DNA of 59,337 nt, filler included. It is 6 parts of 6 records of this genome, joined end to end, with 100 filler letters (N's around TTAATTAATTAA, not from the genome) between each part and the next. Parts side by side here need not be neighbours in the genome. Positions count along the whole stretch, not along the records: positions 1 to 11,525 come from SRR2962707_4550; positions 11,626 to 24,259 come from SRR2962707_4553; 4 more parts are not named here. The stretch is one strand, 5' to 3'. Of this stretch, positions 9,141 to 18,380 are shown in pieces (the first letter of the stretch is position 1; every line of letters begins with the position of its first letter). Below the pieces are notes generated by a model. That model worked only from the letters and a program-made list of their open reading frames with translations, had not been told where the DNA came from and made no database searches. Made by a program: the position numbers and the translations under genes.

Positions 9141-9875
9141 CTATTGCGGATCCAGCGAACTGAAATAGGCCGCCAGCGCCGCGATTTCCTCGTTGCCGAG
9201 GTTAGCGACGCGCAATTTCATGACGTCATTTGAGCGCACATTGTTGAGATACTCAAACAGCGATGTAACGAAATAATCTCGCGGCAGACCGACGATTGAC
9301 GGAATACCGTCAGCATGGCCGGTTGCCTGATGACAGGTCACGCACTCACCAGCCAGATATTCGCCATACTCCGGATCCCCATTCATCTGCAGCACGATAT
9401 CTGCAAAACCGGTCACCGGCCCGGACGTCGAAACCTCCTCAGCCACCGGATCGGCGGCCGGCGTCTGCCGGGTCGCACTCTCAAGCCAGGAAATCAGTGC
9501 CAGCCGGTCTCCAGCATCAGCCATGCCCCGAAACGACATCCGGTTGCCCTTGATGAAATCCCGCGGCCTTTCGAGATACTGGTCGAGTGTCCCGGCATCC
9601 CAAACCAGGCCAGCCTTGCCGGCCGCCCGCATGCTCTCGGAATATTTGAACCCATCAAGACTGCCCGCCTGTCGGCCGAACAACCCATCCAGATGAGGAC
9701 CCACCCTGTGCTTCGCACCGTCACCGATTTCGTGACAGGTCGCGCATGGCTTGAAAAGGTCATCCGGATCGGCGGCGTTCACCGCCACGGCCATGCTGGT
9801 CAACCCAAAGAAAATGGCAGGCACCAGTCGGAGAAACATCGGAATGCGCCTGTGGTACCTGCCATGATCGGCCAT
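9141..9875 (-). CDS. soxE: Diheme cytochrome c SoxE
   Basis: CATCH and CVTCH heme motifs, GDPEYGEYLAGEC; GAGGAG RBS before ATG 9875; between soxD and soxF. Confidence 0.85.
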   Translation of the reverse strand: MADHGRYHRRIPMFLRLVPAIFFGLTSMAVAVNAADPDDLFKPCATCHEIGDGAKHRVGPHLDGLFGRQAGSLDGFKYSESMRAAGKAGLVWDAGTLDQYLERPRDFIKGNRMSFRGMADAGDRLALISWLESATRQTPAADPVAEEVSTSGPVTGFADIVLQMNGDPEYGEYLAGECVTCHQATGHADGIPSIVGLPRDYFVTSLFEYLNNVRSNDVMKLRVANLGNEEIAALAAYFSSLDPQ

Positions 9876-9912
9876 TTCATTTCTCCTCAGGGGCGTTTGA
9901 CTGCCCCTTCTG

Positions 9913-11019
9913 TCAGTCGATTCCGCCTCCGGAATTTTCGTCACCTTCGCCTTCGGGCGTCACATCGATAACCTGCGCACGAGCGGTGATTTGCACCGGA
10001 CCCGGTTTGCATTCGGTCATGCAAGGCTCAAGTCCCTTGGCATAATGCGGCTCGCTCAAGCGATCATCGGCAACGAAATTGTCTTCGTTCGGCAGACGCA
10101 TGGAGGTGAAGTTCTCCTTGGACAGTTCGAACTCTTCATCATCGACGATGTCGTTAAGGTACATCAGATAGGCCGTCAGCGCATAGACATCATCATCCGA
10201 CAGCGACCGGGCGTTGCCAAACGGCATGGCGCGGCGAACATAATCGAACACCGTCGACAGATACGGCCAGTAGGAGCCGATGGTCTTGACCGGGCGATCC
10301 TTGAGCAACGTGTCCTGACCACCGGCCAGAACCGGCCAGCGTCCGGCACCCTCACCGAAATCGCCGTGACAGACCGCGCAGTTGTCCGCATAGATCGGCT
10401 CGCCCTGAGCCACCGTTCCCTTGCCGTCCGGCAAACCGGTGCCGTCGGGACGCACATCAATGTCCCAGGCTGCAACTTCATCGTCCATGGCCTTGCGGCC
10501 CAGTCCGAAAGCGCCCTGGCTTGCCTCGACTGCCATTGCGGGCTCCGCCGCATGCTCCTCGGAAACAGGCGCCGCCTCTGCGGTCTCGACCGGCTTGGCC
10601 TCGACCGCAGCCGGGGCCGCCGCCATCTCCTCGGAGAATGTTTTCAGATAAGCCAGCACATTGGCAATATCGTCGTCTTTCTTGAGGCCTGCAAAGGCCA
10701 TCTTGGTGCCTTTGATCATGGCCTTTGGCTTGGCCAGGAACTCAGCGACAGACGCATCATCCCAGACAAGCCCGCCTTCACCGGCCTCGCTCATGGCTTT
10801 GGAATACTTGTATCCCTCGGCACCACCAGCTGTACGCCCGAACAACTCGTTCAGCTCGGGACCAACCTTGTGTTTGGCGCCATCACCAACGGCGTGACAA
10901 GCCGCGCACTTCTTGAACACCTTCTTGCCGGCATCAGCATCGCCATCGGCGAGCGACGGACTTGCAAAGGCTGCAAATGCCAGAATAGCAAGCGCCGCAG
11001 ACTTAGGAAACTTCAACAT
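9913..11019 (-). CDS. soxD: Sulfane dehydrogenase diheme cytochrome SoxD
   Basis: CAACH (c2-like domain) then CAVCH with GLGR..WDIDVRPDG, KTIGSYWPYLSTVFDY, MPF; start MLKFPK overlaps the soxC end. Confidence 0.9.
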   Translation of the reverse strand: MLKFPKSAALAILAFAAFASPSLADGDADAGKKVFKKCAACHAVGDGAKHKVGPELNELFGRTAGGAEGYKYSKAMSEAGEGGLVWDDASVAEFLAKPKAMIKGTKMAFAGLKKDDDIANVLAYLKTFSEEMAAAPAAVEAKPVETAEAAPVSEEHAAEPAMAVEASQGAFGLGRKAMDDEVAAWDIDVRPDGTGLPDGKGTVAQGEPIYADNCAVCHGDFGEGAGRWPVLAGGQDTLLKDRPVKTIGSYWPYLSTVFDYVRRAMPFGNARSLSDDDVYALTAYLMYLNDIVDDEEFELSKENFTSMRLPNEDNFVADDRLSEPHYAKGLEPCMTECKPGPVQITARAQVIDVTPEGEGDENSGGGID

Positions 11020-11525
11020 TTTCAACCACCCCGTCGTTGTTGACGTGCCATGTCTGGATGCCATTGTTGTGATAGATCGAATTGCCGCCACGCGCCGCGC
11101 GCAGCTCGTTCTTGGTCGGCTGAACCAGCCCCTGATCATCGATGGCGCGGGACTGCAGCAGCAGTTCAGAGCCATCCCAGTTGATATCGAGATAGAACCG
11201 GTGCAGCGCCTTGGGCAGGCTCGGACCATCGATCCGCGCCGTTTGCCAGGTGCGCCCGCCATCAATCGTCACATCAACACGTTTGATGGTGCCGCTGCCG
11301 GACCATGCCAGGCCGGAGATGACCAATGGACCCTTGCCATGGGTAACCGGCGCCTGCGGGCTAGGGCTGGTGATGACGGATTTGACATCCATCACCCAGG
11401 TATGGCGCCGCGCTTTTCCGTCAGCCAGGAGGTCGGTGTATTTCGACGTCTCTTCACGCTGCGCCCAGGGCTCGTCGCCAATTTCCAGCCGGCGGAGCCA
11501 TTTGACCCACATGTTGCCTTCCCAG
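11003..11525 (-). CDS. soxC: Sulfane dehydrogenase molybdoprotein SoxC (3' part; truncated by contig end)
   Basis: WEGNMWVKWLRR, REETSKYTDL, GLAWSG, YHNNGIQTW. Confidence 0.92.
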
Positions 11526-11625
11526 NNNNNNNNNNNNNNNNNNNNNNNNNNNNNNNNNNNNNNNNNNNNTTAATTAATTAANNNNNNNNNNNNNNNNNNN
11601 NNNNNNNNNNNNNNNNNNNNNNNNN
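11526..11625. other. Artificial contig spacer
   Basis: N44-TTAATTAATTAA-N44 linker with stops in all six frames. Confidence 0.99.
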
Positions 11626-11626
11626 G

Positions 11627-12973
11627 GTCGAGGGCGAGGCCGAGATCGACATGGCATCGCTGGATCCCAAACGCTATGGCGACTGGATGACCACGGAATA
11701 TGCCGCGCGCAAGAACGAAGAAGCGTATGAGCACGTTTATATTCTGCACCACCCTGACGAAGAACGCCCTGCGTGCCGCCCGTTGCGCACATCGCCGGCC
11801 TATGACCGTCAGGCGGCACGGGGCGCGCAGTTTGGCCATGTGAACGGCTGGGAACGCCCTAACTATTTCGCGCCGATGGGGTTCAACGATCACGATAGTC
11901 GCAGTTTCCGGCGCGGTGGTTGGTGGCAACATGCGGTCGAGGAAGCCAAGGCCATTCGCGAAGGCGTCGGCCTGATTGATGCCACGGCCTTCACCAAGCA
12001 TCTGGTCAAAGGGCCGGGTGCGACGGAATTCCTGAACTGGTTTACCTGTAACAAACTGCCATCAGTGGGCCGCATCAACCTGACCTATGCGCTGACCAGC
12101 CACGGGACAACGCGCACGGAATATACCATCGTGCGCTTGGCCGAGCATGAATACTACCTTGTGTCGGCTGGGGCCTGGACGGCCTATGACAGCGATTACC
12201 TGCGCAAGGCGATTGCAGATAAGGCACCTGAATTCGGCTATATCGAATGCCATGACGTGACCACGCAATGGGGCGTTTTCGCCATCGCGGGGCCGAAATC
12301 GCGTGATGTGTTGAAAGAGATCGTTAAAGACGCCGATCCGGAAACCGTGCTGTCCAACAAGCGGTTCCCGTGGCTGACCATGCGCAATATTGAACTGGGC
12401 ATGGTGCCGGTGCGCGCCATTCGCGTGGCCTATACCGGTGAGCTGGGTTGGGAATTGCACCACCCGATTGAAATGCAGAACCACCTGTTTGATCTGCTGG
12501 AAAAGGCGGGCGAAAAGCACGGCATGAAGCTGGTCGGCGCACGGGCGCAAAACTGGCTGCGCCAGGAGAAATCCTATCGGGCGTTCGGCACTGAGCTGGG
12601 CCGCGATGCGACACCGCTTGAGGCTGATCTGCCGCGTTTTGTTGATCTGTCCAAGGAGTTCTACGGCAAGGATGCGATGCAGGAACATGGCATCCGCGCG
12701 CAATGTGTGACGCTGTTGATCGACGGGCCGGATGACGCTGATCCATGGGGCCGCGAGGTCTTGTATCATGGCGATACGCGCGTGGGGCGCTTGACCTCGG
12801 GCGGGTATTCGGTGGCGTTCGGGAAATCCATCGGCATGGGCTATGTCAAACCGGAACAGGCGGCCATTGGGACCAAGCTGAAGGTCAAAATGTTCGACCA
12901 GCTTTGGGATGCCGAAGTGGTCGAGGACAGCCCCTATGATCCGAAAAACGCCACCATTCGGATGGATGGTTAA
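11627..12973 (+). CDS. GcvT-family FAD-dependent oxidoreductase (dimethylglycine/sarcosine dehydrogenase-like), C-terminal part
   Basis: GWERPNYF, VAYTGELGWELH, LRQEKSYR, LTSGGYS folate-binding GcvT domain; frame open from the contig start. Confidence 0.85.
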   Translation, partial: VEGEAEIDMASLDPKRYGDWMTTEYAARKNEEAYEHVYILHHPDEERPACRPLRTSPAYDRQAARGAQFGHVNGWERPNYFAPMGFNDHDSRSFRRGGWWQHAVEEAKAIREGVGLIDATAFTKHLVKGPGATEFLNWFTCNKLPSVGRINLTYALTSHGTTRTEYTIVRLAEHEYYLVSAGAWTAYDSDYLRKAIADKAPEFGYIECHDVTTQWGVFAIAGPKSRDVLKEIVKDADPETVLSNKRFPWLTMRNIELGMVPVRAIRVAYTGELGWELHHPIEMQNHLFDLLEKAGEKHGMKLVGARAQNWLRQEKSYRAFGTELGRDATPLEADLPRFVDLSKEFYGKDAMQEHGIRAQCVTLLIDGPDDADPWGREVLYHGDTRVGRLTSGGYSVAFGKSIGMGYVKPEQAAIGTKLKVKMFDQLWDAEVVEDSPYDPKNATIRMDG

Positions 12974-12992
12974 CCGATCATCACAGAGGTGA

Positions 12993-13781
12993 TTAACGGA
13001 TCTGCCGGCGGGCTAGCCAATTTTCCCAGCTCGCCGGAGTGCCTGCATATACGTTGATATCCAGATCGCCCAAGGCACCGGGCACGCGGCCCGTGCTTGT
13101 GTATTGCCAGAAGGTCCAGCGCTCGCTTGGGTATTTCTCGGACGGGTGGGCGGCGGTTGAACGTAGCCAGAATTCTGTCCCACTCAAGCGGCCCATCTGG
13201 TTTTTCTGATAGAAATCAGGGGTGGTATAGACAATGGGCTGTTGTCCGTAATGGGCCTTGAGAATGCGCAAGAAGATTTGCGCATTCCGGCGCACAATAT
13301 GGGGCGGCGGGCGCAGGGTGCAGGTGGGCGAAAACGGGTTCCATTCCATGTCCAGCACAGGTGGCAACATACCGGGGGTTTTTGGAACGTTCTGGATGAA
13401 CCATCGCGCCTGCTCTTGGGGCGTGGTGCAGAAATAATAGAAATGATAGGCCCCGCGCGCGACGCCTGATCGCCCCGCACCCTGCCAGTGATCGGCGAAC
13501 ATCGGGTCCAGCAGATCGCCGCCCTCAGTCGCTTTGATAAACGCAAAGTTTACGCCATTTACGCGCGCCTGACCCCAGTTCAGCGGGCTTTGGAAGCGCG
13601 CGACATCAATACCGTGTACTGCATAGCTTTGCGGGGGCTGCCGGACCCAGTCATGTGGTTTGCGGTCACTAAAGTTTGCAGCTGTCACCGTGCCAAGTGG
13701 CACTGAGACTTGCGGGGCCGTACACGCCGCAAGGCCAAGGGCAGCGAGAACAACAAGGATGCGCAGCGGTGACATGATCAT
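12993..13781 (-). CDS. GH25 family muramidase, lipoprotein
   Basis: Lipobox LAAC; HGIDVARFQ, FIKATEG, GAYHFYYFC, VLDME, FWQY. Confidence 0.9.
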   Translation of the reverse strand: MIMSPLRILVVLAALGLAACTAPQVSVPLGTVTAANFSDRKPHDWVRQPPQSYAVHGIDVARFQSPLNWGQARVNGVNFAFIKATEGGDLLDPMFADHWQGAGRSGVARGAYHFYYFCTTPQEQARWFIQNVPKTPGMLPPVLDMEWNPFSPTCTLRPPPHIVRRNAQIFLRILKAHYGQQPIVYTTPDFYQKNQMGRLSGTEFWLRSTAAHPSEKYPSERWTFWQYTSTGRVPGALGDLDINVYAGTPASWENWLARRQIR

Positions 13782-14428
13782 GGCTTTCTCGCGATAAAGG
13801 CCAGGTTATTGGCTGGCATATCGACCTGATCAATCGGGCTGAACCCCGCAGAGCTAAGCCAAACAATGACATCGGTCGTGTCCTTGTACCCGATATTGGG
13901 ATCGGCGTCGCGCAAGTCGCGATCAAACCTCGCGTCCCCGTCCGAGGTCAGCTGGCCCGCGCGCCGAAACGGACCGTAGAAGATGAAGCAGCCGCCGGGG
14001 GCCGTGGCAAGCGCGACCTCGCTGATCAGGCGCTGCGCTGCATCTGCTGGAATGAGGTGAAGAAGGTTCGATAGAAAGATCAGGTTTTGCGGCGCAAACT
14101 GCGCGTGCCAGCGAGATTGGGTCGCATCAAGTGCAATCGCGGGGGCAATATTCCCGGTATCTGACTGCGCGGCATAGGCGTCAATGCTGGCACGGCGGGC
14201 GGCGTCGGGCTCGGTCGGTTGCCAGTGAAGACTTGGCATCGCACTTGCAAAGGCGCTGATATGCTGGCCGGTGCCGCTTGCTATTTCCAGGGCGGCCCCG
14301 TGTTGCGGGGCATGGCTGCGCAGCAATTCGACCAACGCAGCGCGGTTTCTATCCGCAGCAGGCGCATGCAGTTTCGCATCGCCCGTGGGCAGGGCAACGC
14401 TGGCGCTGGGCGGCAGCTGTGCGGTCAT
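13778..14428 (-). CDS. DUF938 SAM-dependent methyltransferase-like protein
   Basis: APAADRNR, LEIASGTGQH, YGPF, MPANNL. Confidence 0.88.
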   Translation of the reverse strand: MTAQLPPSASVALPTGDAKLHAPAADRNRAALVELLRSHAPQHGAALEIASGTGQHISAFASAMPSLHWQPTEPDAARRASIDAYAAQSDTGNIAPAIALDATQSRWHAQFAPQNLIFLSNLLHLIPADAAQRLISEVALATAPGGCFIFYGPFRRAGQLTSDGDARFDRDLRDADPNIGYKDTTDVIVWLSSAGFSPIDQVDMPANNLAFIARKP

Positions 14429-15504
14429 AGCCGCAACCTGTCAGGGCGCAAAGCATCGACCGTTTCGACCGGCAGGGACGACAGGCGGCCAAAGGTCAAA
14501 TCAGCCACCAATTGTGCGGCGGCGGGGCTGGTCTGGAAACCATAGCCGCCTTGCCCCCCGCACCAGATGAAATCGGGCTGATCAGGATCAGGGCCCAGCA
14601 CAAGGGTTCGATCCGGGGCAAAGCTGCGCAAGCCCGCCCATGTCGATATCGGTTTTGTCAGGGGGATCGCGACCATGTTCTGATACCTCTCCAGTCCCTC
14701 GGCCAGCACCATATCATCGGCCCACGCGTCATGCGGTTCAACGGGGTCTTCGTCGGCAGGTGAAATGATCAGCGCGCCCGCATCCGGTTTCGCATACCAC
14801 GTTTCGTGCACGCCAAAGAACATCGGCCAGCGCGCAGGATCATGCCCACCGGGGGCGGCGATCCGTGCCATCGACCGCCGACGCGGAACGATACCAACCG
14901 GCGGAATGCCCGCCATCACCGCAATCTGGTCGACCCATGCGCCTGCCGCGTTGACGATCTTGTCGGCGTGCAATGTGTCGCCACCTGCGGTCACGGTCCA
15001 GCCCTGCGGCACACGGGTGATGTCGGTGACAGGGTGGCCGGTCAGAATTGTGCCACCGTTGCTGCGCAGGGTCTTGGCGAAATCCTGCATCAACCGGTCC
15101 GTATCGATGTCATGGGCATCGGCGTGATAACCCGCAAAAGCCACCCGTTCCGGATCAAGCACCGGAACCATATTTAGTGCTTCGGCCGGGGTAATCCGCG
15201 CCAGCCCCATTGTCTTCAAATCGTCGTTTAGGGCCGCTTCCTCGTGGGTATCTGCGATGATCATCAATCCGCGCTGCGTAAGATACCCGCCATTCGCGTT
15301 CTCAAGATGGTCGATGCTGGCACGGTTCAGGGCCTGTACAGACGGCGCGCCATAGTTTTTTTCAATCAATGCGGCCGAACGCCCCGAGGCATGATAGCCA
15401 AGGGCTTTTTCCGCCTCGATCAGTGTCACCTCGGCATCTGCCGACAGCCGTGCTGCTGCCGAAATACCTGCAATGCCGCCGCCAATGACGATGATCTTTG
15501 TCAT
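14425..15504 (-). CDS. FAD-dependent oxidoreductase (DAO family)
   Basis: VIGGGIAG, YHASGRSAA, WAGLRSFAPD, GQGGYGFQT. Confidence 0.88.
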   Translation of the reverse strand: MTKIIVIGGGIAGISAAARLSADAEVTLIEAEKALGYHASGRSAALIEKNYGAPSVQALNRASIDHLENANGGYLTQRGLMIIADTHEEAALNDDLKTMGLARITPAEALNMVPVLDPERVAFAGYHADAHDIDTDRLMQDFAKTLRSNGGTILTGHPVTDITRVPQGWTVTAGGDTLHADKIVNAAGAWVDQIAVMAGIPPVGIVPRRRSMARIAAPGGHDPARWPMFFGVHETWYAKPDAGALIISPADEDPVEPHDAWADDMVLAEGLERYQNMVAIPLTKPISTWAGLRSFAPDRTLVLGPDPDQPDFIWCGGQGGYGFQTSPAAAQLVADLTFGRLSSLPVETVDALRPDRLRL

Positions 15505-16439
15505 GTTTGTTCTTCAATCCGGTCCGTGGCAGGGGGCGGGGTCGGCGAAAGGGCTGCGATCTTGGCATAGACATCGGCGGGCATGTCATAGGTCATCGCC
15601 GCAAGCGATGGTGCCAATTGTTCCGCCGACCGGGCCGAAATGATCGGCGATGGCCCCGTGGGATGCGTCGCAACCCATGCAACGGCCAATGTCGCGGGGT
15701 GCATGCCCATGTCTGCGGCCAGATCGGACAGCCCCACCGCCGTTTGATGCATCACATCGGGCGCATAGCGCGCGGCATAACGGTCGTCTTGGGTCAAACG
15801 GCCTGCTTCGCCCTTGGCGTATTTGCCGGTCAGCAAACCGCCACCAAGCGGGGAGTACGGCGCAACAAGAATGCCCAGATCATCGGCCATTGGCAGAATC
15901 TCGACCTCGGCCTGACGTTTCACCAGATTATACATCGGTTGGATTACGGCGATATCCAGATCGAATTTCGCGGCGATACCAGCGGCCTTGACGACCTGCC
16001 ACGCGGCAAAGTTCGACAGACCAATTTTGCGGATATGGCCTGCTGTTTTCAGCTCGGCCATGGTTTGAAAGGTCTCGTGCATGTCCGTGTCGGGGTCAAA
16101 GCGATGCAAGTACAGCACATCAAGCGTGTCCAGATTCATCCGGCTGCGCGACATCTCGCAGGAGTGCAGCAGATTGGCCCGGCCCGCCCCGCCATCATAG
16201 GCGGCTTTGGTTGCGATGATCAGGTCATCGCGGCGATCCCCTAGAAAGCTGCCCAGCAGCGTTTCCGATGCCCCGTCCGTATAGACATGAGCGGTGTCGA
16301 AATGGGTAATGCCCGCATCAAGGCAGGCATCGAACATGCCGCGCGAGGCATCTGCATCGGCGCGCCCGCCAAATTGCATGGTGCCAAAGGCAAGGCGGCT
16401 GGCGGGGGTGCCGTTGGGGCTGGTCAGGGTGTTTTTCAT
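15501..16439 (-). CDS. Aldo/keto reductase
   Basis: FGTMQFG, FDTAHVY, YLHRFD, IGLSNF, YSPLGGGLLTGKY. Confidence 0.92.
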   Translation of the reverse strand: MKNTLTSPNGTPASRLAFGTMQFGGRADADASRGMFDACLDAGITHFDTAHVYTDGASETLLGSFLGDRRDDLIIATKAAYDGGAGRANLLHSCEMSRSRMNLDTLDVLYLHRFDPDTDMHETFQTMAELKTAGHIRKIGLSNFAAWQVVKAAGIAAKFDLDIAVIQPMYNLVKRQAEVEILPMADDLGILVAPYSPLGGGLLTGKYAKGEAGRLTQDDRYAARYAPDVMHQTAVGLSDLAADMGMHPATLAVAWVATHPTGPSPIISARSAEQLAPSLAAMTYDMPADVYAKIAALSPTPPPATDRIEEQT

Positions 16440-16482
16440 CCTCAAACCGTGCCACGGCACGCCCGCCTTCGCAACGTCGATC

Positions 16483-17100
16483 TTATTCGTTCATCGCGCC
16501 CTTTTCGGTGGCTCGCTGATAGGCCGGACGGTTGTGGATCATGTCGACGAAACCGGCTAGTGCCGGATAGCGCGCTGCACCATCACCGCCGCGCATCGCG
16601 ATCTCTGCCGGAAAGCTTAGCATGATATCCGCAGCTGACAGGCTGTCTTGGACGAAATGACCGGACGGGCGCACAAGGCTGTTCATATAGCTAAAGTGGT
16701 TGTGCAATTCGTCCTTGATCCGGGGGTGCAACGGCGCACCTGCATCGCCCAACCGGCTGACATAAAGGTTCAACAAAATTGGCGTCATCGCGGACCCTTC
16801 GGCGAAATGCATCATCTCGAGGTGCTGCAAATATGCGGGGGTGTCGTGGTTCGGGATCATTTCGGGGGCAAAACGCGCACATAGCGTTTCGGTGATTGCC
16901 GCGCTTTCGGCGACCAACACATCATCGATCTCCAGCATCGGCGATTTGCCCAAGGGGTGCACGAGTTTCAACTCAGGCGGAGCAAGGTTTGTGGCCGCGT
17001 CACGCTTGTAAGGGATGATCGTATAGGGCTGTTCGATTTCCTCGAGCAGCCACAAAATACGGTGAGAACGGGACCGATTAAGGTGATGGATTTTTATCAT
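16483..17100 (-). CDS. Glutathione S-transferase
   Basis: SRSHRILWLLEE, HPLGKSP, ESAAI, SAADIM. Confidence 0.92.
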   Translation of the reverse strand: MIKIHHLNRSRSHRILWLLEEIEQPYTIIPYKRDAATNLAPPELKLVHPLGKSPMLEIDDVLVAESAAITETLCARFAPEMIPNHDTPAYLQHLEMMHFAEGSAMTPILLNLYVSRLGDAGAPLHPRIKDELHNHFSYMNSLVRPSGHFVQDSLSAADIMLSFPAEIAMRGGDGAARYPALAGFVDMIHNRPAYQRATEKGAMNE

Positions 17101-17258
17101 ACCTCAGACGATAGCGTTTTGCCGCGCAATGGGTAGTGCAATGATGCGCAGCTTGCCCCGAGATCACCGTGGGGTGGGGCGTTTTGCGGCCAACCATGAC
17201 ACAGATCAATGTCAGCGATGCATCTATCACCGATACATGCGGAAAATAGGATGTGTTT

Positions 17259-18308
17259 ATGGATGTGACATCAGTCTTGGAAACAGTGGGCGAACCGGGG
17301 ATCGCGGCCTTGGCGGGCGTGGTTACCGGCATCATCTTTGGCCTGTCAGCCGAGCAAAGCCGGTTCTGCCTGCGCGCCGCCGCGGTCGAGGTCGCGCGTG
17401 CAACTTTGGGGCCACGCATGGCGGTATGGCTTTTGACCTTTTCCACCGGATTGCTGTGGACGCAGGTGATGAATGTCACGGGTGTGATTGATCTGGGAAC
17501 CAGCCGGTGGCTTGCGTCGCCCGGCACGATTTCGGGGGCTGTCGTCGGTGGCGTGATCTTTGGCGTTGGGATGATCCTTGCGCGGGGCTGTCCGGGGCGG
17601 TTGCTGGTTCTGGGGGCAACCGGAAATTTGCGTGCGATCCTGTCCGGCCTCGTCTTTGCAGTCGTTGCGCAGATGAGCCTAGAAGGCGCGTTGTCCCCCC
17701 TGCGCGAATGGATATCTGGCGGATGGATCACCCATGGGCCGAACCCGAATATCCTATGGGCATTACACCTGCCCACCGGCAGCGGCATTGCGATAGGTAT
17801 CGGTTTTGCGGCTTTGGCGCTTAGCATTGCATTCCAAAATCGGGTGTCTTGGGTGACGCTGCTGTTTGGCTGCGGGGTCGGGTTCTCGGTCGCTGTGGGG
17901 TGGTATCTGACCTATACGTTATCGCAGATCAGCTTTGATCCGGTACCCGTGGGCAGCCTGACGTTTTCGGGGCCGTCGGCCGATACGTTGATGTATCTTT
18001 TGTCTGCCAATTCCGTGCTTGAATTCGATGTTGGCCTTATTCCCGGCGTGGCCGTTGGCGCGTTTGTGTCGGCGCTGATGGCGGGGCGCTTGATCTGGCA
18101 GGGCTGGGACAGCGCGCGGTCCATGCAACGCTATCTGGCAGGGGCCGCGATGATGGGGTTTGGCGCGATGACCGCTGGCGGCTGCACCATAGGGGCAGGG
18201 GTGACAGGCGGGTCCACCTTTGCGCTGACCGCTTGGGTGGCTTTGGTGTCGATGTGGCTGGCAGGGATGGCGGCGGACAGATTGATCGACCGGACACCCC
18301 GCCGATAG
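17259..18308 (+). CDS. YeeE/YedE family sulfur-compound transporter
   Basis: SRFCL, GMILARGC, AGGCTIG conserved Cys motifs; multiple TM helices. Confidence 0.88.
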   Translation: MDVTSVLETVGEPGIAALAGVVTGIIFGLSAEQSRFCLRAAAVEVARATLGPRMAVWLLTFSTGLLWTQVMNVTGVIDLGTSRWLASPGTISGAVVGGVIFGVGMILARGCPGRLLVLGATGNLRAILSGLVFAVVAQMSLEGALSPLREWISGGWITHGPNPNILWALHLPTGSGIAIGIGFAALALSIAFQNRVSWVTLLFGCGVGFSVAVGWYLTYTLSQISFDPVPVGSLTFSGPSADTLMYLLSANSVLEFDVGLIPGVAVGAFVSALMAGRLIWQGWDSARSMQRYLAGAAMMGFGAMTAGGCTIGAGVTGGSTFALTAWVALVSMWLAGMAADRLIDRTPRR

Positions 18309-18329
18309 CGACGCAAAACAGTTCTACAT

Positions 18330-18358
18330 AAAAAAGGCCCCGCGCAAGCAGGGCCTTT
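18330..18358. terminator. Rho-independent terminator between convergent YeeE and BMP genes
   Basis: AAAAAAGGCCC-CGCGCAAGCA-GGGCCTTT hairpin; long U-tract on the minus strand. Confidence 0.75.
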
Positions 18359-18380
18359 CAAACTTTAACGACGGATCCGA

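Noticed and set aside
11020-11265. N-terminal extension of SoxD in the ORF track (similar extensions on ModA, ModC and PotI)
   Set aside because: It overlaps the upstream gene; the signal peptide begins at the internal start
12993-13781. GH25 lysozyme as a prophage endolysin
   Set aside because: It has a lipoprotein signal, sits in a metabolic operon, and there are no phage genes nearby
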